Shown one piece after another: positions 56,944-64,000 of a DNA stretch of 64,000 nucleotides (position 1 is its first letter; each line of letters opens with the position of its first letter). Made by a program: the position numbers and the translations under genes. A model generated the notes under the pieces. That model was not told where the DNA came from. It saw nothing but the letters and a program-made list of their open reading frames with translations, and did not search any database. The DNA is from an uncultured virus (IMG/VR IMGVR_UViG_3300013005_000033). Taxonomy: Duplodnaviria; Heunggongvirae; Uroviricota; Caudoviricetes. The DNA lies in the IMG/VR virus record IMGVR_UViG_3300013005_000033, positions 1 to 64,000 of that record. One strand, written 5' to 3'.

Positions 56944-58224
56944 ATGGATAAACGGGTCTCCAAAAGAAAAGAAACGAAGAAGCGTCGGTCAAAAATGGAC
57001 TGCCGAGTCTTCGAGTTGAAACTGGACCGCTCCAAGATGTCAAAGAAGACCCGTACGCACCTTTCGCAACTGTTCACGGAGGCGAAGTGGTTCTACAACT
57101 ACTGCCTGTCCATGGATGACATCAACGAGTCCGACACCACAGCCAAGACCGTCCCCGTCAAGGTAGAGGACAGGTACGAGGATCGGCCACTGATTGTTTT
57201 CGGCGGAGAGATGAAGCAGGCGATGAAGGCAAGAATATTCGGGTCTTTGTCCTCGCTCAAGGCCCTGAAGGAAAAGGGACACAAGGTCGGAAGACTAAAG
57301 TTCAAGAGCAGGATCAACTCCATACCTCTGAAACAGTATGGTGCGACCCACCAGTTGGATAAGAAAAAGTCAATGGTCAAGATCAGGAGCGTGAGGAAGT
57401 GGCTCAAGGCATCCGGACTCAACCAAATTCCCGACGATGTTGAGATCGCCAACGCCAACCTCGTGCGGAAGGCCGACGACTTCTACCTCAAGGTCACCAC
57501 CTTCGGCGAGAAGAAGGAGAGGGTCGTGCCGGAGGCGAGCATCGGCATAGACTTCGGGTGCGAGACCCAGTTGACGTTCAGCGACGGTACGAAGGTCGAG
57601 TTCCAGGTCCCCGTGAGCAAGCGGCTCCGCCGATTGGACAGGAAGATCATGAGGGACAGACGTCCCGACTCCAAGAAGAAGAACCAAGACAGGATCAAGA
57701 GACAGCGGGAGTACGAACGTATTTCCAACAGGAAGAAGGACATAAGGAACAAGATCGTTCATGCGATAACCAGCAGTTTCAGGTATGTGTGCTTTCAGGA
57801 CGAGAGCGTCCACGCTTGGCAAGCAAGTGGTCACGGGAGGAAGATACAGAATTCTGGCATCGGCGGGATAATCTCCGACTTGAAGAACAAGTCGGTAACG
57901 CCGTGTGAGGTTCCCAAGTTCTTCCCCTCGACCAAGCTCTGTCCGAGTTGCGGCAGTTTGAATAGGCTTTCTTTGGGGGAAAGGACATACCGGTGCGGTT
58001 GTGGTTTTGAGCGTGACCGTGACTGGAAGTCGGCCTCTTGTATAGAGACCGAAGGTTTGATACAAAAAAGAGTACCTGTGGAACGCAGGGATTTTAAGGT
58101 GCAGGAGAGTTCCGCCTCTGCCTTCGTCGGGCTGTTGAGTAAGATCAACGGAATCCGCGTGAAGGCAAGCGGGTTCAATGAATGCAGGAAGCCCACGGCT
58201 TCAGCGAGCCTGAGGGCTCGCTGA
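56944..58224 (+). CDS. tnpB: RNA-guided endonuclease TnpB (solo, no transposase)
   Basis: LFTEAKWFYN, IGIDFG, FQDE, STKLCPSCG, CGCG, DRDWKSA. Confidence 0.88.
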   Translation: MDKRVSKRKETKKRRSKMDCRVFELKLDRSKMSKKTRTHLSQLFTEAKWFYNYCLSMDDINESDTTAKTVPVKVEDRYEDRPLIVFGGEMKQAMKARIFGSLSSLKALKEKGHKVGRLKFKSRINSIPLKQYGATHQLDKKKSMVKIRSVRKWLKASGLNQIPDDVEIANANLVRKADDFYLKVTTFGEKKERVVPEASIGIDFGCETQLTFSDGTKVEFQVPVSKRLRRLDRKIMRDRRPDSKKKNQDRIKRQREYERISNRKKDIRNKIVHAITSSFRYVCFQDESVHAWQASGHGRKIQNSGIGGIISDLKNKSVTPCEVPKFFPSTKLCPSCGSLNRLSLGERTYRCGCGFERDRDWKSASCIETEGLIQKRVPVERRDFKVQESSASAFVGLLSKINGIRVKASGFNECRKPTASASLRAR

Positions 58225-58241
58225 AGCCGTGGGTAGTTCAC
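58188..58241 (+). mobile_element. Right end / omegaRNA 3' hairpin of the tnpB element
   Basis: Perfect 19-bp stem CCCACGGCTTCAGCGAGCC with TGAG loop, then TAGTTCAC. Confidence 0.8.
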
Positions 58242-58242
58242 A

Positions 58243-58488
58243 ATGAGCGCAGACAACTTTGTCATCGTCCGCAAGTTTGAGGACGGGTGGCGTTGGGCCA
58301 TGGGCTTCGCCACCCATTGTGTTGAAAACAACCTCTCTTTTGGAGAGGGGGTCAAGGACCGGAGTTTCGTCAACGGCCCATTCGGCACGATTGAAGATGC
58401 GTCAAGCCACGCCGAAAAAGAACTCGGAATCATCGAGTACGGAATAATCGTGGACAACCATAAAGAGATCCATAATGACCACGCTTGA
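58243..58488 (+). CDS. Hypothetical protein (paralog of 63474-63692)
   Basis: MSADNFV..GPF.T.E.A..IIEYGI. Confidence 0.75.
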   Translation: MSADNFVIVRKFEDGWRWAMGFATHCVENNLSFGEGVKDRSFVNGPFGTIEDASSHAEKELGIIEYGIIVDNHKEIHNDHA

Positions 58489-58744
58489 ATATTGGGTTGT
58501 TCGTGTGGCCTATTTGGTCGAGGGCGCCGCCGGAGTCGCCGGACTGGCCGCTATGGTGCTTGTTCCTTGGATTCTTCTGATCGGGTTTGTTTCGTGCTGG
58601 CTTTGGCGCCGATCAAAGTATTCAAAACTCCGTTCCGCCGTCAGGCGCCTCTTGGACGATGTCAACTCCCGCTACCCGGACAAGAACCCAAGGGAGTGGA
58701 GTTGTCCCTATATGCAGGCCTTGGACGACATGACCCATACATGA
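58475..58744 (+). CDS. Membrane protein with shared C-terminal module
   Basis: TM segment plus RLLDDVNSRYPDKNPREWSCPYMQALDDMT. Confidence 0.65.
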   Translation: MTTLEYWVVRVAYLVEGAAGVAGLAAMVLVPWILLIGFVSCWLWRRSKYSKLRSAVRRLLDDVNSRYPDKNPREWSCPYMQALDDMTHT

Positions 58745-59118
58745 AAAACCAAGCCATCAAACTCTTGCTGTGCCGGATGCACGAACTTTCTTGTTGGTAT
58801 CGGACCAACTTCAGGAACCATAGCCAATTAGACGGCTACAGGTCCGAGTATGACTTGCACCAAGCCTACCTTGAGGAGATCGGATGCTCTTGCGTCCGTA
58901 GAGAGAAAATCATCGTCCGAGAGTTCTTGCAGAATCCCGACAAACAAACCTTGGAATCCCTCGGGCTTCCGGAAGGACGATTCGTCGCTTTGGCCCACCC
59001 TTGGGAGGCGACTACGATCATACTTATACCCGAAGACCTCGCCATGAAGGCCGTCGTTCTCGGGGAGTTCCCGGCAATGGATGCGTTCGGGCAACCAAGG
59101 AGCCATCAACTTGCATGA
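58741..59118 (+). CDS. Paralog-family protein
   Basis: AYLEEIG; IPEDLAMKAVVLGEFP. Confidence 0.75.
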   Translation: MKNQAIKLLLCRMHELSCWYRTNFRNHSQLDGYRSEYDLHQAYLEEIGCSCVRREKIIVREFLQNPDKQTLESLGLPEGRFVALAHPWEATTIILIPEDLAMKAVVLGEFPAMDAFGQPRSHQLA

Positions 59119-59354
59119 GAGTCTATATCGTCATCGGAACGACGGAAGGCGTCTACCAAGACGAAATCGGCGGGCCTTTTCTCCCTCATCCCGACAAGGA
59201 AATCGTTGAAGTATTCTCAAAGCAGGAGGATGCGGAGAATTTCGTCAAGAACAGGAAGTTGAAGAAGCCGGAAAGAGGGAGTTACGGCGACACCTCCTTC
59301 TACAAGGGCGGATACTACGAACTTGAGGTAGAGGAACATGAAGTCAGAGGATGA
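59115..59354 (+). CDS. Hypothetical protein
   Basis: MRVYIV..VFSKQEDAE..VEEHEV. Confidence 0.65.
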   Translation: MRVYIVIGTTEGVYQDEIGGPFLPHPDKEIVEVFSKQEDAENFVKNRKLKKPERGSYGDTSFYKGGYYELEVEEHEVRG

Positions 59355-59655
59355 CGACGGACGCTATTTGCTCTTGGGAGGAAGATCCTCGCCCGGCCCT
59401 CTGTCGGCTCAAGGCCCCATCTACGACAGGTTCCAGAATTTTTTGTACGACATGGTGGCCCTCGGTACGCCGCAGCCGAAGGGGAGGGCGGATGCCTTGA
59501 AGACGAGACTAGAGGGTGTCGGGGTCAGATTTTCAAATAACCCATGGCCTCCGACCCGAAAGCCAAACGAATGGGTGTTCGCATCGCCCTTCGGAGCGCA
59601 CCTCGCAATTGACAAGGAAACCGCCGAGAAAATATTGGTGCTGGGACTGCCATGA
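59338..59655 (+). CDS. Paralog-family protein
   Basis: IDKETAEKILVLGLP. Confidence 0.72.
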   Translation: MKSEDDDGRYLLLGGRSSPGPLSAQGPIYDRFQNFLYDMVALGTPQPKGRADALKTRLEGVGVRFSNNPWPPTRKPNEWVFASPFGAHLAIDKETAEKILVLGLP

Positions 59656-59966
59656 GAGACCTTATTGACATCGTAAAGATCGCAAATCAGCATCCCCACC
59701 AAGGCTATCCGAGGAAAATGAAGGTCTATGACATTCTTCAAAGAAAGTATACCGAATCCTTTGAAAACAAAGAGATGGATGTGTTCAGCCATGTGGCCTA
59801 CGCAATGGCAAAGACGAAGTGGCACGAATATCTCAAGTCGCTCGGCATGACTTTTGACATAGAGGAAGGCATACTTGATCCTTCCTGTCATCTGGAATGG
59901 CAGCAGAGATGGATCAAGATTTCCGAAGAAACGATGAACAAGATATTGACATTGGGGTTGCCATGA
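59652..59966 (+). CDS. Paralog-family protein
   Basis: WHEYLKSLG; ISEETMNKILTLGLP. Confidence 0.75.
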   Translation: MRDLIDIVKIANQHPHQGYPRKMKVYDILQRKYTESFENKEMDVFSHVAYAMAKTKWHEYLKSLGMTFDIEEGILDPSCHLEWQQRWIKISEETMNKILTLGLP

Positions 59967-60256
59967 GATGGGAAAGACGATCCATATCAAAACTTGAACT
60001 GATTCTTCGCGAGAGGTTTTCAAAACTGCACGCAGAACGCTTGCCCGTGACCGTCGGCCGGCACTTGAACATCGTCAAGGAGTGGACCAAGCTCCTTGAG
60101 GAATCGGGATGTCTTTTTTCTTCAAAGGGCTGTCTCGTGGAGCCCGTGAATCATCCGAAGGGATTCGTCGTCGTGTCCGACCCCATCAAGTGTAGGACGA
60201 TTGCCGTTCCGGAAGAACTCGCCTTGAAGGCGATCGTTTTTGGGGAGATCCCGTGA
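59963..60256 (+). CDS. Paralog-family protein
   Basis: WTKLLEESG; VPEELALKAIVFGEIP. Confidence 0.75.
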   Translation: MRWERRSISKLELILRERFSKLHAERLPVTVGRHLNIVKEWTKLLEESGCLFSSKGCLVEPVNHPKGFVVVSDPIKCRTIAVPEELALKAIVFGEIP

Positions 60257-60618
60257 AAGAAAAACTCTACCAAATCCTCAACGACAAGTGGCTTGACATA
60301 GGTGTTCTCTGGCGAGCCACCTTCCGGCGTCAGATCGGCCTTGAAGGACTGCCCCGCAAAACAAACAGAGGACAATTTGATCAACATTTGTGGGACGAAT
60401 ACTTGCGGGAAATGAACATAACCCATCCGGCGGTAGAGGTTCATTTCCTCGGAAGAGAGACCGAACATTACTTCATCGAGAACCCGGCGGCGAAGGAGAA
60501 GTTGGTGGGAGTCCCCAAAGAACTCGCCATGAAGGCCTTGGTGCTGGGGCACTTCCCCGACAGCCCCTCGATTGAGAAAATGCGGGACTGTTTCCATGAA
60601 CCATCAAAAGCTCCTTGA
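60253..60618 (+). CDS. Paralog-family protein (PDSPS subfamily)
   Basis: WDEYLREM; VPKELAMKALVLGHFPDSPS. Confidence 0.78.
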   Translation: MKEKLYQILNDKWLDIGVLWRATFRRQIGLEGLPRKTNRGQFDQHLWDEYLREMNITHPAVEVHFLGRETEHYFIENPAAKEKLVGVPKELAMKALVLGHFPDSPSIEKMRDCFHEPSKAP

Positions 60619-60910
60619 AATATTCATCGCCAAATTGGACAAGGTCTGTCCGCCGAAGAGCGGACAGAATGTCCGCAATGACGCTTGGTGGTCAATCATA
60701 GAGAAGTATGGATGCAAGATGATACCATCTGGGCAAATAGCGGACCTGGTCAACAACGGACCGAACGACTATGTGTGCATGAAGTCTTTCAATGTATCGG
60801 TGGTGAATGCCCACTGGGTGCTTGTTCCCAAGGAACTTGCTTTGAAGGCCCTGACGCTCGAATACCTTCCCGACAGCCCCTCGGCAGAAAGACCTCGTGA
60901 ATCCACATGA
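60596..60910 (+). CDS. Paralog-family protein (PDSPS subfamily)
   Basis: VPKELALKALTLEYLPDSPS. Confidence 0.75.
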   Translation: MNHQKLLEIFIAKLDKVCPPKSGQNVRNDAWWSIIEKYGCKMIPSGQIADLVNNGPNDYVCMKSFNVSVVNAHWVLVPKELALKALTLEYLPDSPSAERPREST

Positions 60911-61371
60911 CAAAAGACAAACTCTACCACATCCTCAACGAGAAGTTGTTTGACATCGCCGATCTGTACAAAGGTCACGAGTTGGAGCATTCCCGGCCTG
61001 GGCCGAAGCCGAACTGGATGCCCGTTATCTCAAGTGCGATAAAAGGAATCTTCACAGAACAGTTTGATCTTGAAATCTGGAAATTGTATCTTGAGGAGAT
61101 TGGAGTTATCAAATTTGTTCGCTCCGGATGGTTCAGGGAGAACGATATGGAGGACGAAATCGAGAACCTCTCCTTCGCGGACCTCCAGGGCCAGAAGGTT
61201 GATATTGAATGGATCAAAGAAAATCTTACGATAATTCCGGATCCGCTCGCACAGTTTCATAGGGTCGGAATCCCCAACGAACTCGCCACGAAGGCGTTGG
61301 CCCTCGGGTACTTCCCCGACAGCCCCTCAATTGAAAGAATGCGGGAGGCCTCCCTTGGACACAGCGGATGA
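60907..61371 (+). CDS. Paralog-family protein (PDSPS subfamily)
   Basis: WKLYLEEIG; IPNELATKALALGYFPDSPS. Confidence 0.78.
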   Translation: MTKDKLYHILNEKLFDIADLYKGHELEHSRPGPKPNWMPVISSAIKGIFTEQFDLEIWKLYLEEIGVIKFVRSGWFRENDMEDEIENLSFADLQGQKVDIEWIKENLTIIPDPLAQFHRVGIPNELATKALALGYFPDSPSIERMREASLGHSG

Positions 61372-61648
61372 ACTGTACGAACTGTACAAAATGCTTGAGA
61401 GGAGACACCGCGACCTCATGGTCTTCTTCAGCAATATTTGTTGCGATCCGAACCGCTGGCCGATACATTTGAGGCCGATCTGGGACAAGTACTTGCTGAG
61501 TCTGGATTGCAAAAAAGGCCTCCAACCAGGCGACTTCCTGTACATCCCCAGTCCCTCGAACGAATGGAAGGAGACGGTAGCCTTCCCCAAGGATGTGGCG
61601 TTCAAAGCCTTGGTTCTCGGCGAACTGCCGGAAATGGACCTGGAATGA
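61355..61648 (+). CDS. Paralog-family protein
   Basis: TTG after GGGAGG; WDKYL; FPKDVAFKALVLGELP. Confidence 0.72.
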   Translation: MDTADELYELYKMLERRHRDLMVFFSNICCDPNRWPIHLRPIWDKYLLSLDCKKGLQPGDFLYIPSPSNEWKETVAFPKDVAFKALVLGELPEMDLE

Positions 61649-61956
61649 CAGACAAGATCAACGACGAGACATACAGGCTTCTCAAGAAGAGGTTTGACGA
61701 ACTGGCGGGTGTCATGGGCTTAAAGGGTCGCCTTGGCGATCTTTGGCTCAACTACCTTGAGGGCTTGGGATGCGCCGTAGTTGAAAACATTCGCCCAACC
61801 AACCCACCTTCGGAATCGGAGAACTTCGTGGTCTGTCGCAACCCATCAAGCCCCCCGTTCGGCAAAGGGTTTGTCGAGGAGGTGCGGATTCCCAAGGAGA
61901 CCGCGCTCAAGGCTATTTTGATAAGCGATTTTCCACCCGGAACCCAGCAAAAATGA
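61645..61956 (+). CDS. Paralog-family protein
   Basis: WLNYLEGLG; IPKETALKAILISDFP. Confidence 0.75.
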   Translation: MTDKINDETYRLLKKRFDELAGVMGLKGRLGDLWLNYLEGLGCAVVENIRPTNPPSESENFVVCRNPSSPPFGKGFVEEVRIPKETALKAILISDFPPGTQQK

Positions 61957-62282
61957 CAGACAAGATGAGCAAAAAGATATACGCGCTCTTGAAGAAGAGG
62001 TTTGACGACCTCATAGACTTGTACATAAAAAAGAGCGGCTCGCTCTCCATCTGGACTCCAAACATAGACCAGATGTGGCGGGACTATCTTGACGAGATCG
62101 GGTGTTTACGATACCACAGTTCAGATATTCTTGACCATGTCATTTCAAACATTGACGATTATGTGGTCTGTCTGAATCCCCAGAGTAGTTTCACGGGCTA
62201 CATAGCGGTTCCCAAAGAGACCGCGTTCAAGGCCGTCGTCCTCGGCGAGTTTCCGGAGATTTCGTTTGAGGTTGCGAAATGA
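61953..62282 (+). CDS. Paralog-family protein
   Basis: WRDYLDEIG; VPKETAFKAVVLGEFP. Confidence 0.78.
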   Translation: MTDKMSKKIYALLKKRFDDLIDLYIKKSGSLSIWTPNIDQMWRDYLDEIGCLRYHSSDILDHVISNIDDYVVCLNPQSSFTGYIAVPKETAFKAVVLGEFPEISFEVAK

Positions 62283-62566
62283 ATTCTGAAATGGGCTCCA
62301 CCAAGCTGCACCAACTTCTAGAGGAGAAGTGGGAAAAGGTGTTTGGACAGTACCGCTCCCTCCAAAAATGGGCGGAATATATCAACGAGATGGGCTTCAA
62401 GACAACAAGAATCGTATATGCTCCCGACGGACATGCCGCATATGCGATGAAATTTCCCGACCACGAGGATGTCTTCTTCGTCCTTGATCCATTGAGCAAA
62501 TTGCATCTCATTTCAATTCCCAAGGAAGTCGCCTTCAAGGTTCTGGCCTTGGGAGGGTTCCCGTGA
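62279..62566 (+). CDS. Paralog-family protein
   Basis: WAEYINEMG; IPKEVAFKVLALGGFP. Confidence 0.78.
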   Translation: MNSEMGSTKLHQLLEEKWEKVFGQYRSLQKWAEYINEMGFKTTRIVYAPDGHAAYAMKFPDHEDVFFVLDPLSKLHLISIPKEVAFKVLALGGFP

Positions 62567-63477
62567 ATGAAAAACTCTATGACATCCTGAACAAGAAACT
62601 TTTTGACATCGCGGACTTGCACTACGAAAAAGCCAATTCTCCGCACCGCCAAGAACCCCGCCACGAGCGCCTTGGCAAAAAGATTGTTTCTAGTTCCCCG
62701 GTTTCTACCTCGTTTGGCCCGAAGATCATGTTCCCCAAGCATGTTTGGCGCTCATATCTCGACGAGATGGGAATCGTCAAAGCCGAGGGGGTTGAACAGC
62801 GAGTCCTTCCTGTCGGAAAATTTTTGATCGTGGCGGATCCTCTTGTTGCATACGAAAAGTTGGGCGTCCCCGAAGAACTCGCCATGAAGGCCTTAGCCCT
62901 TGGATACTTCCCCGACAGCCCCTCAATCGAGAATATGCGGGAGACAGCCTTAGAAGAACCAGTTTACACGATCAAAAGTCGGGGCTATAATGCTCTAGGA
63001 AAAACTCAAATGATCTACCTCGTGCTTGCAGTCGCGCTACTTCTCGCCATCCCGATAGGGCTGGAATGCTTGTTCGCCTATCTCATGGACGACGCCGAGA
63101 AAAACCGCCACCTTCGGGAAACAAGTGATAAAATCATGAAAGAAAATCGCCATGACGCTCTCCTTGAGGCCGCGACGCGACTTTATGAGTGCGATTTTTG
63201 GAAGCCAACTAGAATGTCGGAGGATGAGGCATCTAAGGCGTGGGAGGCGTTGCGTGACGCAATTGGGCTTTCGCCGGGAACAGCCACTCAGTGCGACGGG
63301 CGCATCGGCTCCTCGACTAATGGAGCCTCATCTCTCACCGACGCGGAGCGGGCTGCGATCCTTTTCTTCGTAGACAAGCATCGCAAAATCCAGAAGGATG
63401 GCGAAAATTACTGCTGTATTGAGGCGAGTCTGCACGCCGATGCGCTTCAGGGCTTGCTTGAAAGGGAGTCCCGTTGA
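62563..63477 (+). CDS. Paralog-family protein fused in frame to a downstream gene (second start 63010)
   Basis: VPEELAMKALALGYFPDSPS near residues 102-121, then MIYLVLAVALL. Confidence 0.65.
   Translation: MNEKLYDILNKKLFDIADLHYEKANSPHRQEPRHERLGKKIVSSSPVSTSFGPKIMFPKHVWRSYLDEMGIVKAEGVEQRVLPVGKFLIVADPLVAYEKLGVPEELAMKALALGYFPDSPSIENMRETALEEPVYTIKSRGYNALGKTQMIYLVLAVALLLAIPIGLECLFAYLMDDAEKNRHLRETSDKIMKENRHDALLEAATRLYECDFWKPTRMSEDEASKAWEALRDAIGLSPGTATQCDGRIGSSTNGASSLTDAERAAILFFVDKHRKIQKDGENYCCIEASLHADALQGLLERESR
62963..62991 (+). promoter_or_regulatory. Sigma70-like promoter inside the ORF
   Basis: TTTACA-17 nt-TATAAT, then AGGA RBS and ATG at 63010. Confidence 0.65.
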
Positions 63478-63692
63478 GCGCCGACAACTTCGTGGTCGTC
63501 CGCAAATTTGATGACGGGTGGTATTGGGCCATGGGATTCGCCACCAACTATGTGGAAAACGACAAGCCCTTTGAGGCAATTGAACCAGATCAGTTCGTAA
63601 ATGGCCCGTTCGGCACGGCCGAAGAAGCCGAGGAACACGCCAGCAAGGATTTGGGAATCATAGAGTACGGAATAGTGGTGAGTCATGATTGA
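63474..63692 (+). CDS. Hypothetical protein (paralog of 58243-58488)
   Basis: MSADNFVVVRKF..IIEYGI. Confidence 0.75.
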   Translation: MSADNFVVVRKFDDGWYWAMGFATNYVENDKPFEAIEPDQFVNGPFGTAEEAEEHASKDLGIIEYGIVVSHD

Positions 63693-63969
63693 AAAACAAG
63701 TCCCCCTGCACGAGCTTCTGGCGTCCGTCCCGGAAGACCACCGATTGGTCATCCACGGGGAGGGAAGATACCCGTCCAGCACCAGCATCCCTGTGGGAAG
63801 GCTGTGCCAAGAGGCATCCAAGGAGTTAGAGAAACAATTTGAACTCCGTTTCGCCGTCAAGAGACTCCTGGATGACGTCAACTCCCGCTACCCGGACAAG
63901 AACCCAAGGGAGTGGAGTTGCCCCTACATGCAGGCTTTGGACGACATGACACGCGAGAAAACGATATGA
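63685..63969 (+). CDS. Hypothetical protein with shared C-terminal module
   Basis: RLLDDVNSRYPDKNPREWSCPYMQALDDMT. Confidence 0.7.
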   Translation: MIEKQVPLHELLASVPEDHRLVIHGEGRYPSSTSIPVGRLCQEASKELEKQFELRFAVKRLLDDVNSRYPDKNPREWSCPYMQALDDMTREKTI

Positions 63970-64000
63970 AAAGGACTTAAATTGTATGGAATCAAAAATT

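Noticed and set aside
63470..63495. Self-target of the TnpB guide from 58242
   Set aside because: It has mismatches at the first guide positions and no evident shared TAM; gene duplication explains the similarity.
1..64000. Genome-wide stop-codon reassignment
   Set aside because: Conserved genes are full length in code 11 and end in TAA, TAG and TGA. The dnaE break also needs a frame change, so readthrough alone cannot fix it.
1..64000. tRNA or rRNA genes
   Set aside because: No cloverleaf or rRNA-like sequence was recognised in the short intergenic gaps; tRNAscan-SE would be needed to confirm.

Overview
This window looks like part of a large (jumbo/huge) tailed-phage genome. It is gene-dense, read in the standard code 11, with many overlapping stop/start codons. 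Bases 1 to about 50.2 kb are mostly minus strand. They carry PhoH, DnaJ, GroES, IscA, IF-3, bS21, peptide deformylase, dCMP deaminase, ThyX, a C5 methyltransferase, a two-gene DnaE, a PrkA-YeaH-SpoVR(intein) operon next to ClpP, HldE and many glycosyltransferases. Bases from about 50.2 kb to 64 kb are a plus-strand accessory array dominated by one unrecognised paralog family (21 copies in the window) with a shared C-terminal motif. Two IS200/IS605-type tnpB elements and an orphan right end are present. DUF1501 and a HicB-like small protein hint at a Planctomycete host (inference). The most striking signals are: (1) an 8-nt stop-containing gap directly after a perfect 12-bp hairpin inside the conserved PHP motif of dnaE, a candidate programmed recoding site; (2) the paralog array; (3) an ATT-initiated yeaH in a genome that encodes IF-3. 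All calls come from motif recognition by eye; no database searches were run.
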